NCBI GenBank assembly: GCA_965202585.1
Contig: OZ241829.1
Span: 29,636,001-29,700,000 of the forward strand
Length of the DNA: 64,000 nucleotides
Reading direction: 5' to 3'
From: Thalia democratica
Lineage: Eukaryota
Positions 1 to 12,500 of the stretch are shown piece by piece (position 1 is the stretch's first letter; each line of letters opens with the position of its first letter). Made by a program: the position numbers and the translations under genes. The notes under the pieces were generated by a model. That model worked only from the letters and a program-made list of their open reading frames with translations. It ran no database searches and had not been told where the DNA came from.

Positions 1-659
1 TCAATTGTACTGTTTAAACAAGTAATAACAAAAATCTGTCAAATAAATATCTTTCTAATTAATATTTTATTCACTATGCCAAGAAAACTTTTATATGTAT
101 TCCATTCAAAAAAAAAACTTCCTTCGTAGAAACAGACTTATTTATGTATACATTAACTTATTGAAAATAATTTAAGGAGTGTTTTTTCAACAAATAAACT
201 TCAGTTTTTATTTTAATATTCAAGTAAATATAAGTTAAAAATAATTAAGTTCTGTTAAATGCAATTCCGTTGATGTAATAAACTGAAACCTTATGTTTAA
301 GTTTATCGTAAGATTGATTGTATTTATCAAATTTTACCCATCGTGTGTAGTCTATATAGTACTAGTAGTATGTATAAAAATAGTATTACTGTGCTCAAAA
401 ATAATAAGTTTTTAGCATTTAATTTAACTACTTATTATTAGCATTACTTAATTATTAGAATCTACTTTTAGAATTTACGATTGTTTTGTTTAACTTTTAT
501 TTTTCAGATTTAAATTGTAACTGAAGATCCTTTAAAGGGTGAAACTTAGTCTCGAAGATAAAAATCTTGAATATTTAATCTTGTACTAAATACATGTAAA
601 AAATGTACAATACTTAATATTTTTCAAACTTTTTTTTTGAACTTTTGAGAATTCTAAAA

Positions 660-720
660 TGCGTAACTAAAGGAGAGTGCGTAACCAAAGGAGCGCGTAG
701 ATTCGCGAGAGGTGACTGTA
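660..720. mobile_element. Possible DNA-transposon terminus remnant (also at ~53731-53791)
   Basis: Two tgcgtaacYaaaggag repeats followed by gagaggtgactgta, which resembles a TA-flanked CAGTCACCTCTC terminus; no partner end found. Confidence 0.3.
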
Positions 721-1307
721 CTAAGGTTTTACATAAAAGAAAACAGGAAGTAAACATTACGCTCTAATTTGATAAAAATACGCAACCGATTATAAAATTC
801 TTAAGTTTGAAAAATTAATTTTTTATACTCGCCAAAGTTTACATTACAAATTTTTAAAGCTTAAAATTGGTATTAAACTTATCATACATTAACGCTTGGC
901 TTAATTGATAAACTTGAGTTCTCAAGTTCTTTGTAGTGAAGTTAAGTAAAAACAAAACAAAGGTAAACTCTTATAATTTATTACTTTATGTACTACATGT
1001 AAAAAAGCATTTTATTAATTTGTTTTTGTTAAAATTAATCTTTCTAATTAAACAAAGTAAAAAAAAACATGCAGAACGGTTACAAAGTCACAGAAGACAC
1101 CCAAATACATGTGCCTTGACAGCATGGTGCACAGTTTGCATAAGTCATATTTAGGTAAAGTAACTTAATCAAATTTTGTTTTAAGAAAAGGTATAAAGAC
1201 TTTAAATAATTGATAAGTTAACTGAAAACGTTTAGTCGCCTTTAGTTTTAGGCTGGTGTCAGTAAAAAAATAAACAAATAACTTAATGAATGCTTTTAAG
1301 AAATAGT

Positions 1308-3597
1308 CTAGCAATGGAAAAGTTCAAATCGCAAGGTCCATTGTAGATGGTGTGTTACCAGAGTGATTCGAAAATATCTTGCAGTAACTGGCACTGGTAG
1401 CCTATTGATATGAGGCGTGTCATAGTCTTTATTTGCCATAAAAATCTACAAAATATTTACTTTAGTAAATTCACAAATACAAAATAATTAAGAAATTCTT
1501 GATAAAAACTAATTAATTTTTAACATACGTTTATTAAGTATGAATTAACCATTTATTTCATCAGTTTCAACAAAACGGGTTGTTAACCAGATTTCGAATT
1601 TTTAACAAACTATTTTCACCTCGTAATAAAAAAGTTGCATAGTACTAGGAGCAAAAACAATCAAATATTAGGTAAAGTAAAGTGGTTTATGAAAACTAAA
1701 GTTGTTTTTACGAATAAAAATAATCTCTTACCAATAAAAGTATATATCACCGTTTTAAGTCAAATTTTTTTTTAGTCATATCAAACCCAAAAACGTGTTG
1801 TAGCTGGTGTAGGTTAGTTTACATTTACAGTAAAAATCTTTTTGACTTAGTTATGTAAGTTAATTTGTCCTGGACAAGACGTTAAAGTGTATCCAAGTGG
1901 TGTGCGACTCGATAACCGAAATGTTTTTTCGTGCACTAGGTCCTAATATTTTGTGTGCTTTTTGTCGTTCAATAAACAATAATAATAGAAAGTTAAGCTA
2001 ATAAAAATAGTAAAAAGCGTTCAAATGTCACTGTTCTTCCAAAATTTTTGGTGAAAATATAAAAACATGCTTGCAATTTACATATCCAATTCCCTAATTT
2101 TAATGCTAAGTTATTTATGATTGCGTTTTAGGATTACACGATGTAGAAATGTTGATGGCAGTTCTCTAGAAATCTTTATGAAGAAATAGTATGAATAGAG
2201 GTATTTTTAGTAACTAAACTAAAACTTACAAATATTTTTTTGTGATGAAAAAAATAGGTGATACAATATTTTACTCGTTTTTATTCTTGCTATATTCAAT
2301 TTTAATTTTTTGTATGTCTGTTTAAATACTTAAGATAGTAAAAAAAAAGTTCATTTTAATAGGTTGACAACAAAGTATAAGTACATTAAGCAAGAAAACA
2401 AAATTGACGTTTTCTTAATAACAAGAATCTTCATTTAAAAAACAAAGTATCCTTTTTCTTGATTAAAAAATAAAATTAAAGAAATAATAAAACTGAAACT
2501 GGTTTAAAATATTTTTTATTCAAGACAATGCTGTAGAAATTTGAAGTATTCTTTTATAATTGGAATAAAAATATTTTTTAGGATTTCAAACACATATACC
2601 ATAAAAACTTGAATTAGTATTTTTTGATTTTACCGGGAATTAAAGATCATCTAAACTATTTTTTTTGTATTTTTGACATATTAAATGTCTTTTAGACATA
2701 AGCTGCTTTGATATCCCATCTTTTATATTCTACGAATAAACTTTTAACATATGCGCCAAATACTTATTTGATAAATTTAAAATTCTCTATGAAATTTAGA
2801 TAACGTTTGAAAAACTTTTAGTTTTGTTTGCAATAACGAACAAGTCAAAAAATAAATTCGACTAGATTTGAAAAAAACTAGAAAAGTAAGAACGTTTTAA
2901 ACTTACAACAATTTTTCCACTTCCGTCAACTACATTTTGTAATTCGTCTTCAGAGTTAGTTTTATACTGGCAAGAATAAGAAGTTGTATATGGATTTTTA
3001 CCTCTTCCCTGCGTTGCAACTTTGTGAATTGTTCTTTCTAATACAAGGTCTACTTGAATCCATTTCTCTTTTAGGGATGTTTTAAGTTAGTGAAAAAATG
3101 CATTGAAATATCACTAACAACTAATAAAAGCAGTGTTTACTTAAAAGAAGATAAAACATCACTAATATTATATTGAATGGTATATTTGTTCCCAGTTACA
3201 AAAAAACATAATTTCCAACGTTACATAGTAAATGCCGTAGCTTTTAAAGTTAAGTTTAAACCGTTTTTTAGAAAAATACTCAAATTCCGTATTGAATGTA
3301 GGTATTTAAAATATTTTCTTTTAGAACAAGTAGCCGTAAGTTTTTTTTTCGATCTAAAAGCACTGTATGAAAATCGAAAACCTGATTGAATGAGAAAAGT
3401 GCGCTAACCTGGAGCTCGATGAAAAATGGTCCAAGCGAATGGTTCAAATTCGAACAGTCGAGCAAACCGCGGACCAAACCTGCAGCTTTTTGGCGTTTCT
3501 TCGTAACAATCGTCGACATCGTCGTAAGCGTAACCGCTTGCAGTCACTTGGCTGTTGGTGATGGTGCCGCTGGTCATTCCCAAACCGCACGCGTCAA
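1308..3597 (-). CDS. F5/8 type C (discoidin/FA58C) domain, C-terminal, three exons
   Basis: 3409-3597 (CGLGMTSGTITNSQVTASG...GPRFARL...AW), 2907-3067 (EKWIQVDL..IHKVATQGR..YTTSY), 1308-1445 (IFMANKDYDTPHINRLPVPVTARYFRI...TLRFELFHC*). Confidence 0.93.
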
Positions 3598-6500
3598 CTG
3601 TGATTTTTGGTGTGAGTTCAGCTTTACTGGTTCAACTTAGAAACTGCTTGTTTTTAAAAGTTTAGCTTTTTTTGTCAAGGGCTCTGAGGTTTTATAGTTC
3701 ATGTGTGGTACAACGACAAGTTTTTTCTTGTAGCTCGTTTTAACAAGTGGAACTAAAGTGACTTGTTGTATAAAATTGAAATCACATAACATCACTCACG
3801 TAAAACGACTTAAACGCTTTGCAAAGCAAACCACATGGTTTCAAGTTGTCTACAATAACAAAACGTCTCTCAAAAGTACTGACGATACTAATTCTTACTT
3901 GATAATGAAATTTTTGAACATAAAAATATTAACCGACCTTCGGCCTTAACGGCGGCTCTGTCGCACCCCGGGGGGTTCACCCAATCTCCAAGCCCGGGAT
4001 TTTCTTCGGTCACATTGCACTGGGCAATTCCGCTGCTCACTGTTTTATCGCAAAACTTGGAGCTTTCGCAAACAAAGTCAAACTCCTCCGTGCTCACGTA
4101 CTTTCCCGGTACCACGACAGGATCTCTCGGTGTTAAAGTGTCCAAGCACAAGGAGTACTGCAAGTCCGGACACTCTGTCGCGTTAAATTTCAGCACACTT
4201 CAGTTGCCTGAGCGGACGCACAAAAATAGTTTGAAAACTAACGCATTAGATTAATGCCATAAAGCAGAAACGATTATAGCTGATACGTGTACAATAAACT
4301 TAAAATAAATACATTACACTATGTATTCTTTATTAGTGTTCCCTTTCTATTGTATTAATATTTTAATCTGACTTGAAAGTGTTAAATAAATATTTTTCTC
4401 CGTTTTACGTATGCCATAAACCATTAAAAACAGAAAACAAAGCAGCTAAGTCATTATCAACTTAAACTGAAACAAATGATATTGTTTTCATACCTTTCAC
4501 ACATTTAGGGGCCTCAGAACTACTCCATTGTCCGTCGTGGTCGCAAATGTTTATATTTGAAGAGCCTGGCCACACAACCAAGCCGTTTTTGCACCTGTAC
4601 TCGACTACAGTGTTGGTCAGCATTCTACCATCCGCTTCACTGCTAGAAATGACAAAAAAATCAGTTTCGTCGTTTTCTGGTAAATCTTGGCATTCTGTGT
4701 AAATAAGAGCTTTGATGAAAGCAGTTGTTAATAAAAAAACATATGTTGCAGATGTCTCTTACAGTTTTCAAACCGTGTAAAGTTTATAATTTGGATTTTA
4801 AAGAATATGCACAATTTTTAAATTTTTTGTTACTATAAACTAAAAGAAGGTTTTAAATAAAGAAGCAATTTTTTTTTTAAGTTTTATATTTAACAGCTTT
4901 GATATAATTAAAACTTTAGTTCTTAATATTTTTAAACTTATCAAGCCAAAGAACTTTTAGTTTTCAATTATATAACTTTAAAAGATAATTGACTATTAGG
5001 CTTTTTCGGTAAAAACTTAGACTATTTATTTTATTGAATTACAAAATAAAACTGTGCTTCGGTTGTCAAGTCTAAAAAAAGTGCTGCTTATAAAGCTTGC
5101 ACACAATAACAGACTAGCAAAACTTTAAGAGTGTAGCATAGACGTAAAATTTAAGAACTCAAACTCATTTGTTTAACACAGAAACTGTAGAAAAGTGAAA
5201 GGTTGTCTACCGTTTAATAGGATTTTCAATTAAAGAACACCTCTATTCAAAATTCAAAACATTGAACCTTTAAGGCAGGCTGCGCGGTCCTTCCACCCCA
5301 TCGTTGTGCACTCTATCCGTCCGGTGTCGGGCCGAGGTATGGCTCCCGGGTCGCACGTGAACTCGACGGTTTCGCCGTGCGTGTACTTCTGATCCGCGTC
5401 GAAATGGTACTTTCCGTTGTGGAAGTCAGGAAGCGGACTCAGACAATCTGTTCGAGTCACTCCATTCATTTATGCGAATAATTTACTTTTGTGTTATTGA
5501 GAACTTGAACTTTTATGATGGTTAGAATGATTTATTGTTTTTTTATAAATTTGTCAAAAAATAATACGTAGAGAAGTAGAGTTAAAATTTTATAATAAAG
5601 ATAATTTCGTTTAGATTAAAGATTGCTTTCCAAATATTTTAAATACAAAGCCTAATTGTTTTTATGCACATGCAAACATAAATGATTCTATACATCAATA
5701 AAAATACTTTCAAAGTATAATAAAACTTTTAATATTATAATTGATGGCATATACTACAGTTTTAGAAATATTAAGTAAAAATAAAAACATGCTTTTTTTT
5801 TTGTTTTTAACGCAAGTACAAAACACGTTTTTTTGATGTTTAAAAAAAAACATCTTTTTCTAAACCAAAAATTTACAAATGTTTTAATTTTATAACAAAC
5901 TGTGATATGTAAAGCAGACAAATTTATTATAATAGTAACAATTATATTAATAATCATTTTTCAAACTATTTTAAATCTCACATTAGTTCTAAACATATTT
6001 TATTTTTTTCTTTGCAAACTTACCTTAGTTATATGAAAAAAATATCTTAAAATGTATAATGTTGTTAATGAAATTACGCCATTTTCAGTTTGAAACCTAC
6101 CGTCGTATACAAAATTTTTGTCTATTACGAGAGCATTAAAGTTTCCATCGTATTTACATTCCGCCCAGCTCGGAACCGCAGCGTGTTCTGGAAATCTGCC
6201 AGTAAGTACAGCCCAAGATTCTGAGTTGCCTAAAAAAAACGATTTCACCAGGTTTGCCAGGAGTAATATTTTAAAAGGGCTTTTAAAAACCTGGAAATAG
6301 TGTGCAGTCTTTCAAACGATCAATACCGAGTCTTCTCATAGTGTCAAACACCGGACCATCAGTGTTAATATTTTTCTCTGCGGCTGCTTGCCCACGTACT
6401 GTCATCATGATAATGTCCCCGTAGCTTGAGTTATTTAATATAAAATCTGACATTCGTACAATCTGAAATTTAAGAACTAAATTGTATTTTGGTTTCTATG

Positions 6501-9500
6501 TCAAAAAGTGTAGATGATGTTTGGTATTTTTAGCATGTGTTTTCGTACAAGATGTTATAAAGTGTATAGTGTTAAACAATTATTAAATACTATTTTTCAG
6601 TTTAAAGCAAAAATTTTTTTTTCTAGCATGCTGTACAGAAGTTAGTACCTCATGTATTATTGTTATAACTTAGATTTCTAAATAATAAAAACTAAAATTA
6701 AGAAAGAGTAGTTTTTTTCTTATGGATTTGGATTTATGTAAATAATATAAAGTCTAAATACAATAAAGTTTATATAAAACCTTTCTAAAAATAAAAAACG
6801 GAAATTTCTGTTATACTTTTAGCTGCGTAATTACAAAAATATTTCTAGAGTTATTAAACAAAGCTTCAACTCAGCGTGGAATATCTTAAAGTTATTTTAC
6901 TGAATTAAATAAAAAAAGCTTCTAAAACAAAAACTCTAATTTTTGCTAAACCGTGCTTAAAGTCTGAAACAAAATTTATCAAAAAAAAAACTGTACATGT
7001 TCGTGACCCCGGACAGTGTCAAACTTCATCGATTGGGTAGTTCTAGTAATTGGATCGAGAATGGCAACGCCGATTCCTCTGGTTTCATCGCACAAATTGT
7101 TCCCACCCTTTTCAAACTTGATTACGCAATTCTGTCCCAAAGCATTCGTGTCATATCCTCGTGATAAGCCATAAGCATACAACTCAGCTGAAATTGAAGC
7201 ATTTAAACAGTTACGTTTCGCGTTTACGTTTTCTGCTTGTGCACGTATAACAGCTAGCTTACTTGGCTCGCAGACCGGGGGCTCAGTGTGATCCCAGGTA
7301 CCATCATCTTGACAGGTTATTTCTTCCGGATACGCGCCAGCCATTTCGTGAAACTTGTCGCACTCGTAGCTGTGCACAGTTGTTCCGGGTAACCAAACTT
7401 CATCGGCTGTTTCGTATGTAACTTGGTACTTCGAATAACCGGTTGTGGGTGGGTCTGGACAAACTGTGTTAAACAGCATGGTTTTAACGCTCTTTTTTGT
7501 TGAGTTTTGTAGACAAAACTTTGCTTAGTTTGAAGAATTTCAACTCATAGTTTTATAAAATCCTAAAATTTTTCATTTAAAAAAATTGTTTAAAGAGACG
7601 CTGGTTTTCGTTTGGTGTTAAGCTTTAAAAGTTATTTATTCTGGATAAGTTACTTTGTCCGATAAAATTGATATACACTGTTGAAATTTTGCGAAAATTA
7701 GGTACTTTTAATATTTTATCTTTATTATGAATACTTTTTTATGATTTTTGTTTGTTACCTACAAAATAAATATAAATAAAATAGAAGCAGATTATTTGTG
7801 TAAACAAACGTTAAGATTAAAACTATAAATTATTCATTATCACTTAAAGTTTAGTTACAAATGTAAAATTTAAGTTCAAGGAACAAACTATAAACACCTT
7901 AAGTTATAAAAGTCATTTAAGATTTTGACAATTGCTACATTTTTGATCTTTAAAGTATTTAGTTTTAATGCACAAACTAAGATGTTTTGATAGTGTCAAA
8001 AATTGTTTTAATAAAAATCTTAATACTCTGACTCGGCTATCTTGTTAATTAGAAACATATTTAAGTTCATTAAACGAAAATTAACTGTACTTAAGAACCT
8101 TATTGTTGTATAAACAAGCTTTCTAATTCAGCAAACGTCGTTCTTACTGAAATTCATGTGACTTACGCTTGGAACATTTAGCTTGCGCACCCCAACCGGT
8201 TTCTCCACACTCAATCACACCACTTTGTGGCCATGCTCCACTGTCGCATTTAAAACCAACGGTATCACCTTGAGCGTAGTTGCTTGAAAGTTCTTCGTCG
8301 TAGTCTCCGTTTGCAAATTCCGATGGCTTTGAACACGCTGTAATGATCAAACAGTTGAGGGTTTGAGCAAACAAAGTTTGCCAGCAGTTAAATACGACCT
8401 TTTATTTTTGAAAAAGTCAATGCAAGAAAGACGTAAATGTAAGTCCGTAGTAAATAACTTTAGATAATAAAAGTAAGATGTCATTTAAATCACCTTCAAT
8501 GAAAAAACAAACTAGTTAGGTCACTAACTTTACCTTAACATAAGACAGATAAGCAGTATGAAATATACAGAACTGACATATAGGTACACAAGTAGCCAAA
8601 TCTTCTGTTGACACGCTGAAGAGTCCACTTCCAAGGCACTCTGTAGAAAGTGCTTTAGAGTTTTCTCCGTGAGCAAAATACCCGGTATTGCATTCGTAAC
8701 TCAAAGTAGTTCCTTCCGTAACATACTTTTCAGGATTATTGAAAGTTCCGTCAACTATCTCTGGCGGATCATTACAAACTGAAATAATATTCAATAAGTT
8801 TTTAAGCTTTAATGACTAAAGACAAATTGATCATCAAATTAAAAACTAATGCTCTCCTCTTGATAATTTTTTTAATGCTTATTGTTTAATAAAGCTGAAC
8901 AAGTTATCAAAGTAAAACACAAAATTAAAACTGTATATGTTTCAGAAATTTATAATTTCTAAATCTACTTATTAAAATACTGTTTTAAAAAACTTAGCAT
9001 TCTTAGATTTCAATTTGCTTTTACATTACTACTGGCAGATTCTTACTAGTAGTCCCAAGTTGTGTTGCTGAAATTTGAATTACCTTACCTAACAGCTCTA
9101 AAACTTAAATGAAATAGTTTTTTTTATAATTATATTCAATTTCTTCTATACTGCTAAGAATTTATTAAGTAAGCCTATATAAATAGTATATCCATTTTAA
9201 AATTCAAATTTTATTTTCAAGATATGATTCATTTAAGTTTTTATAACAATTTGAATTGTAAGATTTCAAATGTCGAAATTTAACTGTCAAGTAATTTTAT
9301 TTACAATATAATACGAAAAATCTAACGCTTAGTTAAGTAAGTATTTATAGTTATGCCGCAAAAACTGATAAATCTTTAACTAAACCCATACTTAAAAATA
9401 AAAATCACTTAAAAAGTTCAAAGTTTGATAAAAGACTTATAAAACGCACAATTAAAGTTACCTAAGACTTGTAAATACATTTTAGTGGTAGTTTCGTTGT

Positions 9501-12500
9501 TACAAACTTTTATTTTTAATTTAACTAGATTTTAAGTATACCTCAATTATTGTTTAATTTAGTTACCTTATATTTATGTAAAATGATACAATCACTACGA
9601 TAGAAAAAGTGGTAATTTAAGTACAAAAACTTAATATTGGAACAATAATTAATTCTAAAAATTATATTCTGCAGAAAGCTTAGATAATATAATCTTATAA
9701 TCAATGTTTATAGATGTGAAATACCTCTAAACTTAGATACCTTAGTGTTGTATAAACTAACAAAAGTATTACAAGGAAAAAGTAAAAACAATTATGTTAA
9801 TACTTACTCTTTAAGCAACTCATTGGGTTGGCTGTGTCGAAAGGTGGTGAAAGTGCTCCATTTTGGCAAGTTCTTTTTGGCACATCGGTCGAAAGGGAAG
9901 CATACCCTTCTGAACAGTTGTAAGTTGTACTTTGGCCATGATTAATCGGCGCTGCTGGATATGGCTGAGAGTTCGTTACAGTATGAAAATCATTGCAATC
10001 TGAAATTATTTTAGTGCTTTGATCTTTAAATTTTTAAAGTTTTTTTCAATATTGTTATTTGTTTTTACTTGCTGACTTATATGTGCAATATTCTAAAGTG
10101 CATATTATATTAAGATAGTTTTTTACGGTAAGATGGCGGTACTGATTACATTTATGTAATGAATGTAATAGCTTTAGAAGTTTTCAATATAAAACTTTTG
10201 TTTTCAAATAAGTTTTAATTACTGTTAGGACTTTAATTACGTTCTGTTCTTTAAGTTACCAAAAGTTACAGTAAAACTTCATTTGAATCCGAAAAACTTT
10301 AGATTTTTAGACTATGAAAAACTTAACATTTTAGAAATATAAATTAAAACAAATTCCACTATGTTAGTGTTTTCAACTTACTTTGGTAACATATGACTTC
10401 AGTATCTGGATTGAGCTCGCCGTCATTACAAGTTCTAGTATCGTCCCCGGTCAGTGTGTAGTTTTCATTGCATATAAAAGTTACAGTTTCTGAAGAAATA
10501 TAAACCGTCCTACCGTCTTTAGTATCACCGTTCGCAGGCTTGGTTATTGTGCACTCTGTTTATAACAGTACTTTGGTTTTAAAGTTTGTAGCAAACAATA
10601 ATGCTTAAAAGCTATAATTTAAGATTTATATCAATTTTAATGAAATTTTGCAAGCCGAATTGAACTTCTAACAAACATGTTAAAACCTTTTTGTTTGATA
10701 AACTTGAATAAGTATAACTGAAGCTGAAACACTTTTATTAATTTTACAAAAAAAAAAACACAAAGAAGTTAAACAACCAAAAAATACTCTTATTTAAGTA
10801 CCTTGTAGTTGAAAACATGAAAGAGGTTATTTAAAAAGTACAATTGCTTAGTACTACAATACAATGCAAAACAAGTATGTAAATAAAAAGCTTATGTGCT
10901 AAAATTTTCAATTAAATAATAATTTCAATGTATATGATAAGTAAATTCAAAAAGTTATTAAGATAGAAGAAAGTTGAAGAATTTTATAACTCCTGCTTAA
11001 AAATAATTAGAATACTTAAGTTGTTTTAAACATCGTCCAATAGTATTTTTTTTCTTGATGGTTTGTATAACGAGTGTAGAACTTTAAAACAAACCTTAGC
11101 TAAATTGTATCATTTCTAACCTTAAGTATTTGATGTTTGAAAGTTATATTCTGCAGAAAACTTAAATAATAATTATTCTATAATCAATTTTATTAGATGT
11201 GAAACATCTCTAAATTTAGGTACCTTAGTGCTGTATAAACTAACAAAAGTACTAAAGGAAAAAATAAAAACAGTTATGTTAATACTTACTCTTTAAGCAA
11301 CTCATTGGGTTGGCTGTGTCGAAAGGTGGTGAAAGTGCTCCATTTTGGCAAGTTCTTTTTGGCACATCGGTCGAAAGGGAAGCATACCCTTCTGAACAGT
11401 TGTAAGTTGTACTTTGGCCATGATTAATCGGCGCTGCTGGATATGGCTGAGAGTTCGTTACAGTATGAAAATCATTGCAATCTGAAATTATTTTAGTGCT
11501 TTGATCTTTAAATTTTTAAAGTTTTTTTCAATATTGTTTTTTGTTTTTACTTGCTGACGTATATGTGCAATATTCTAAAGTGCATATTATATTAGGATAA
11601 TTTTTTACGGTAAGATGGCGGTACTGATTACATTTATGTAATGAATGTAATAGCTTTAGAAGTTGTCAATATAAAACTTGTGTATTCAAATAAGTTTTAA
11701 TTACTGTTAGGACTTTAATTACGTTCTGTTCTTTAAGTTACCAAAAGTTACAGTAAAACTTCATTTGAATCCGAAAAACTTTAGATTTTTAGACTATGAA
11801 AAACTTAACATTTTAGAAATATAAATTAAAACAAATTCCACTATGTTAGTGTTTTCAACTTACTTTGGTAACATATGACTTCAGTATCTGGATTGAGCTC
11901 GCCGTCATTACAAGTTCTAGTATCGTCCCCGGTCAGTGTGTAGTTTTCATTGCATTCAAAAGTTACAGTTTCTGAAGAAATATAAACCGTCCTACCGTCT
12001 TTAGTATCACCGTTCGCAGGCTTGGTTATTGTGCACTCTGTTTATAACAGTACTTTGGTTTTAAAGTTTGTAGCAAACAATAATGCTTAAAAGCTATAAT
12101 TTAAGATTTATATCAATTTTAATGAAATTTTGCAAGCCGAATTGAACTTCTAACAAACATGTTAAAACCTTTTTGTTTGATAAACTTGAATAAGTATAAC
12201 TGAAGCTGAAACACTTTTATTAATTTTACAAAAAAAAAAACACAAAGAAGTTAAAAAACCAAAAAATACTCTTATTTAAGTACCTTGTAGTTGAAAACAT
12301 GAAAGAGGTTATTTAAAAAGTACAATTGCTTAGTACTACAATACAATGCAAAACAAGTATGTAAATAAAAAGCTTATGTGCTAAAATTTTCAATTAAATA
12401 ATAATTTCAATGTACATGATAAGTAAATTCAAAAAGTTATTAAGATAAAAGAAAGTTGAAGAATTTTATAACTCCTGCTTAAAAATAATTAGAATACTTA

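Noticed and set aside
936-1154. Plus-strand ORFs in the track (e.g. 936..1154, 3386..3640, 24697..24984, 46400..46681)
   Set aside because: They are either low-complexity AT-rich frames or antisense shadows of real minus-strand exons; no domain signal.
1898-1947. Apparent exon inside the FA58C region (GPSARKNISVIESHTTWIHF)
   Set aside because: FA58C is complete without it. A similar sequence recurs at ~48751-48800, so it is a degenerate interspersed repeat.
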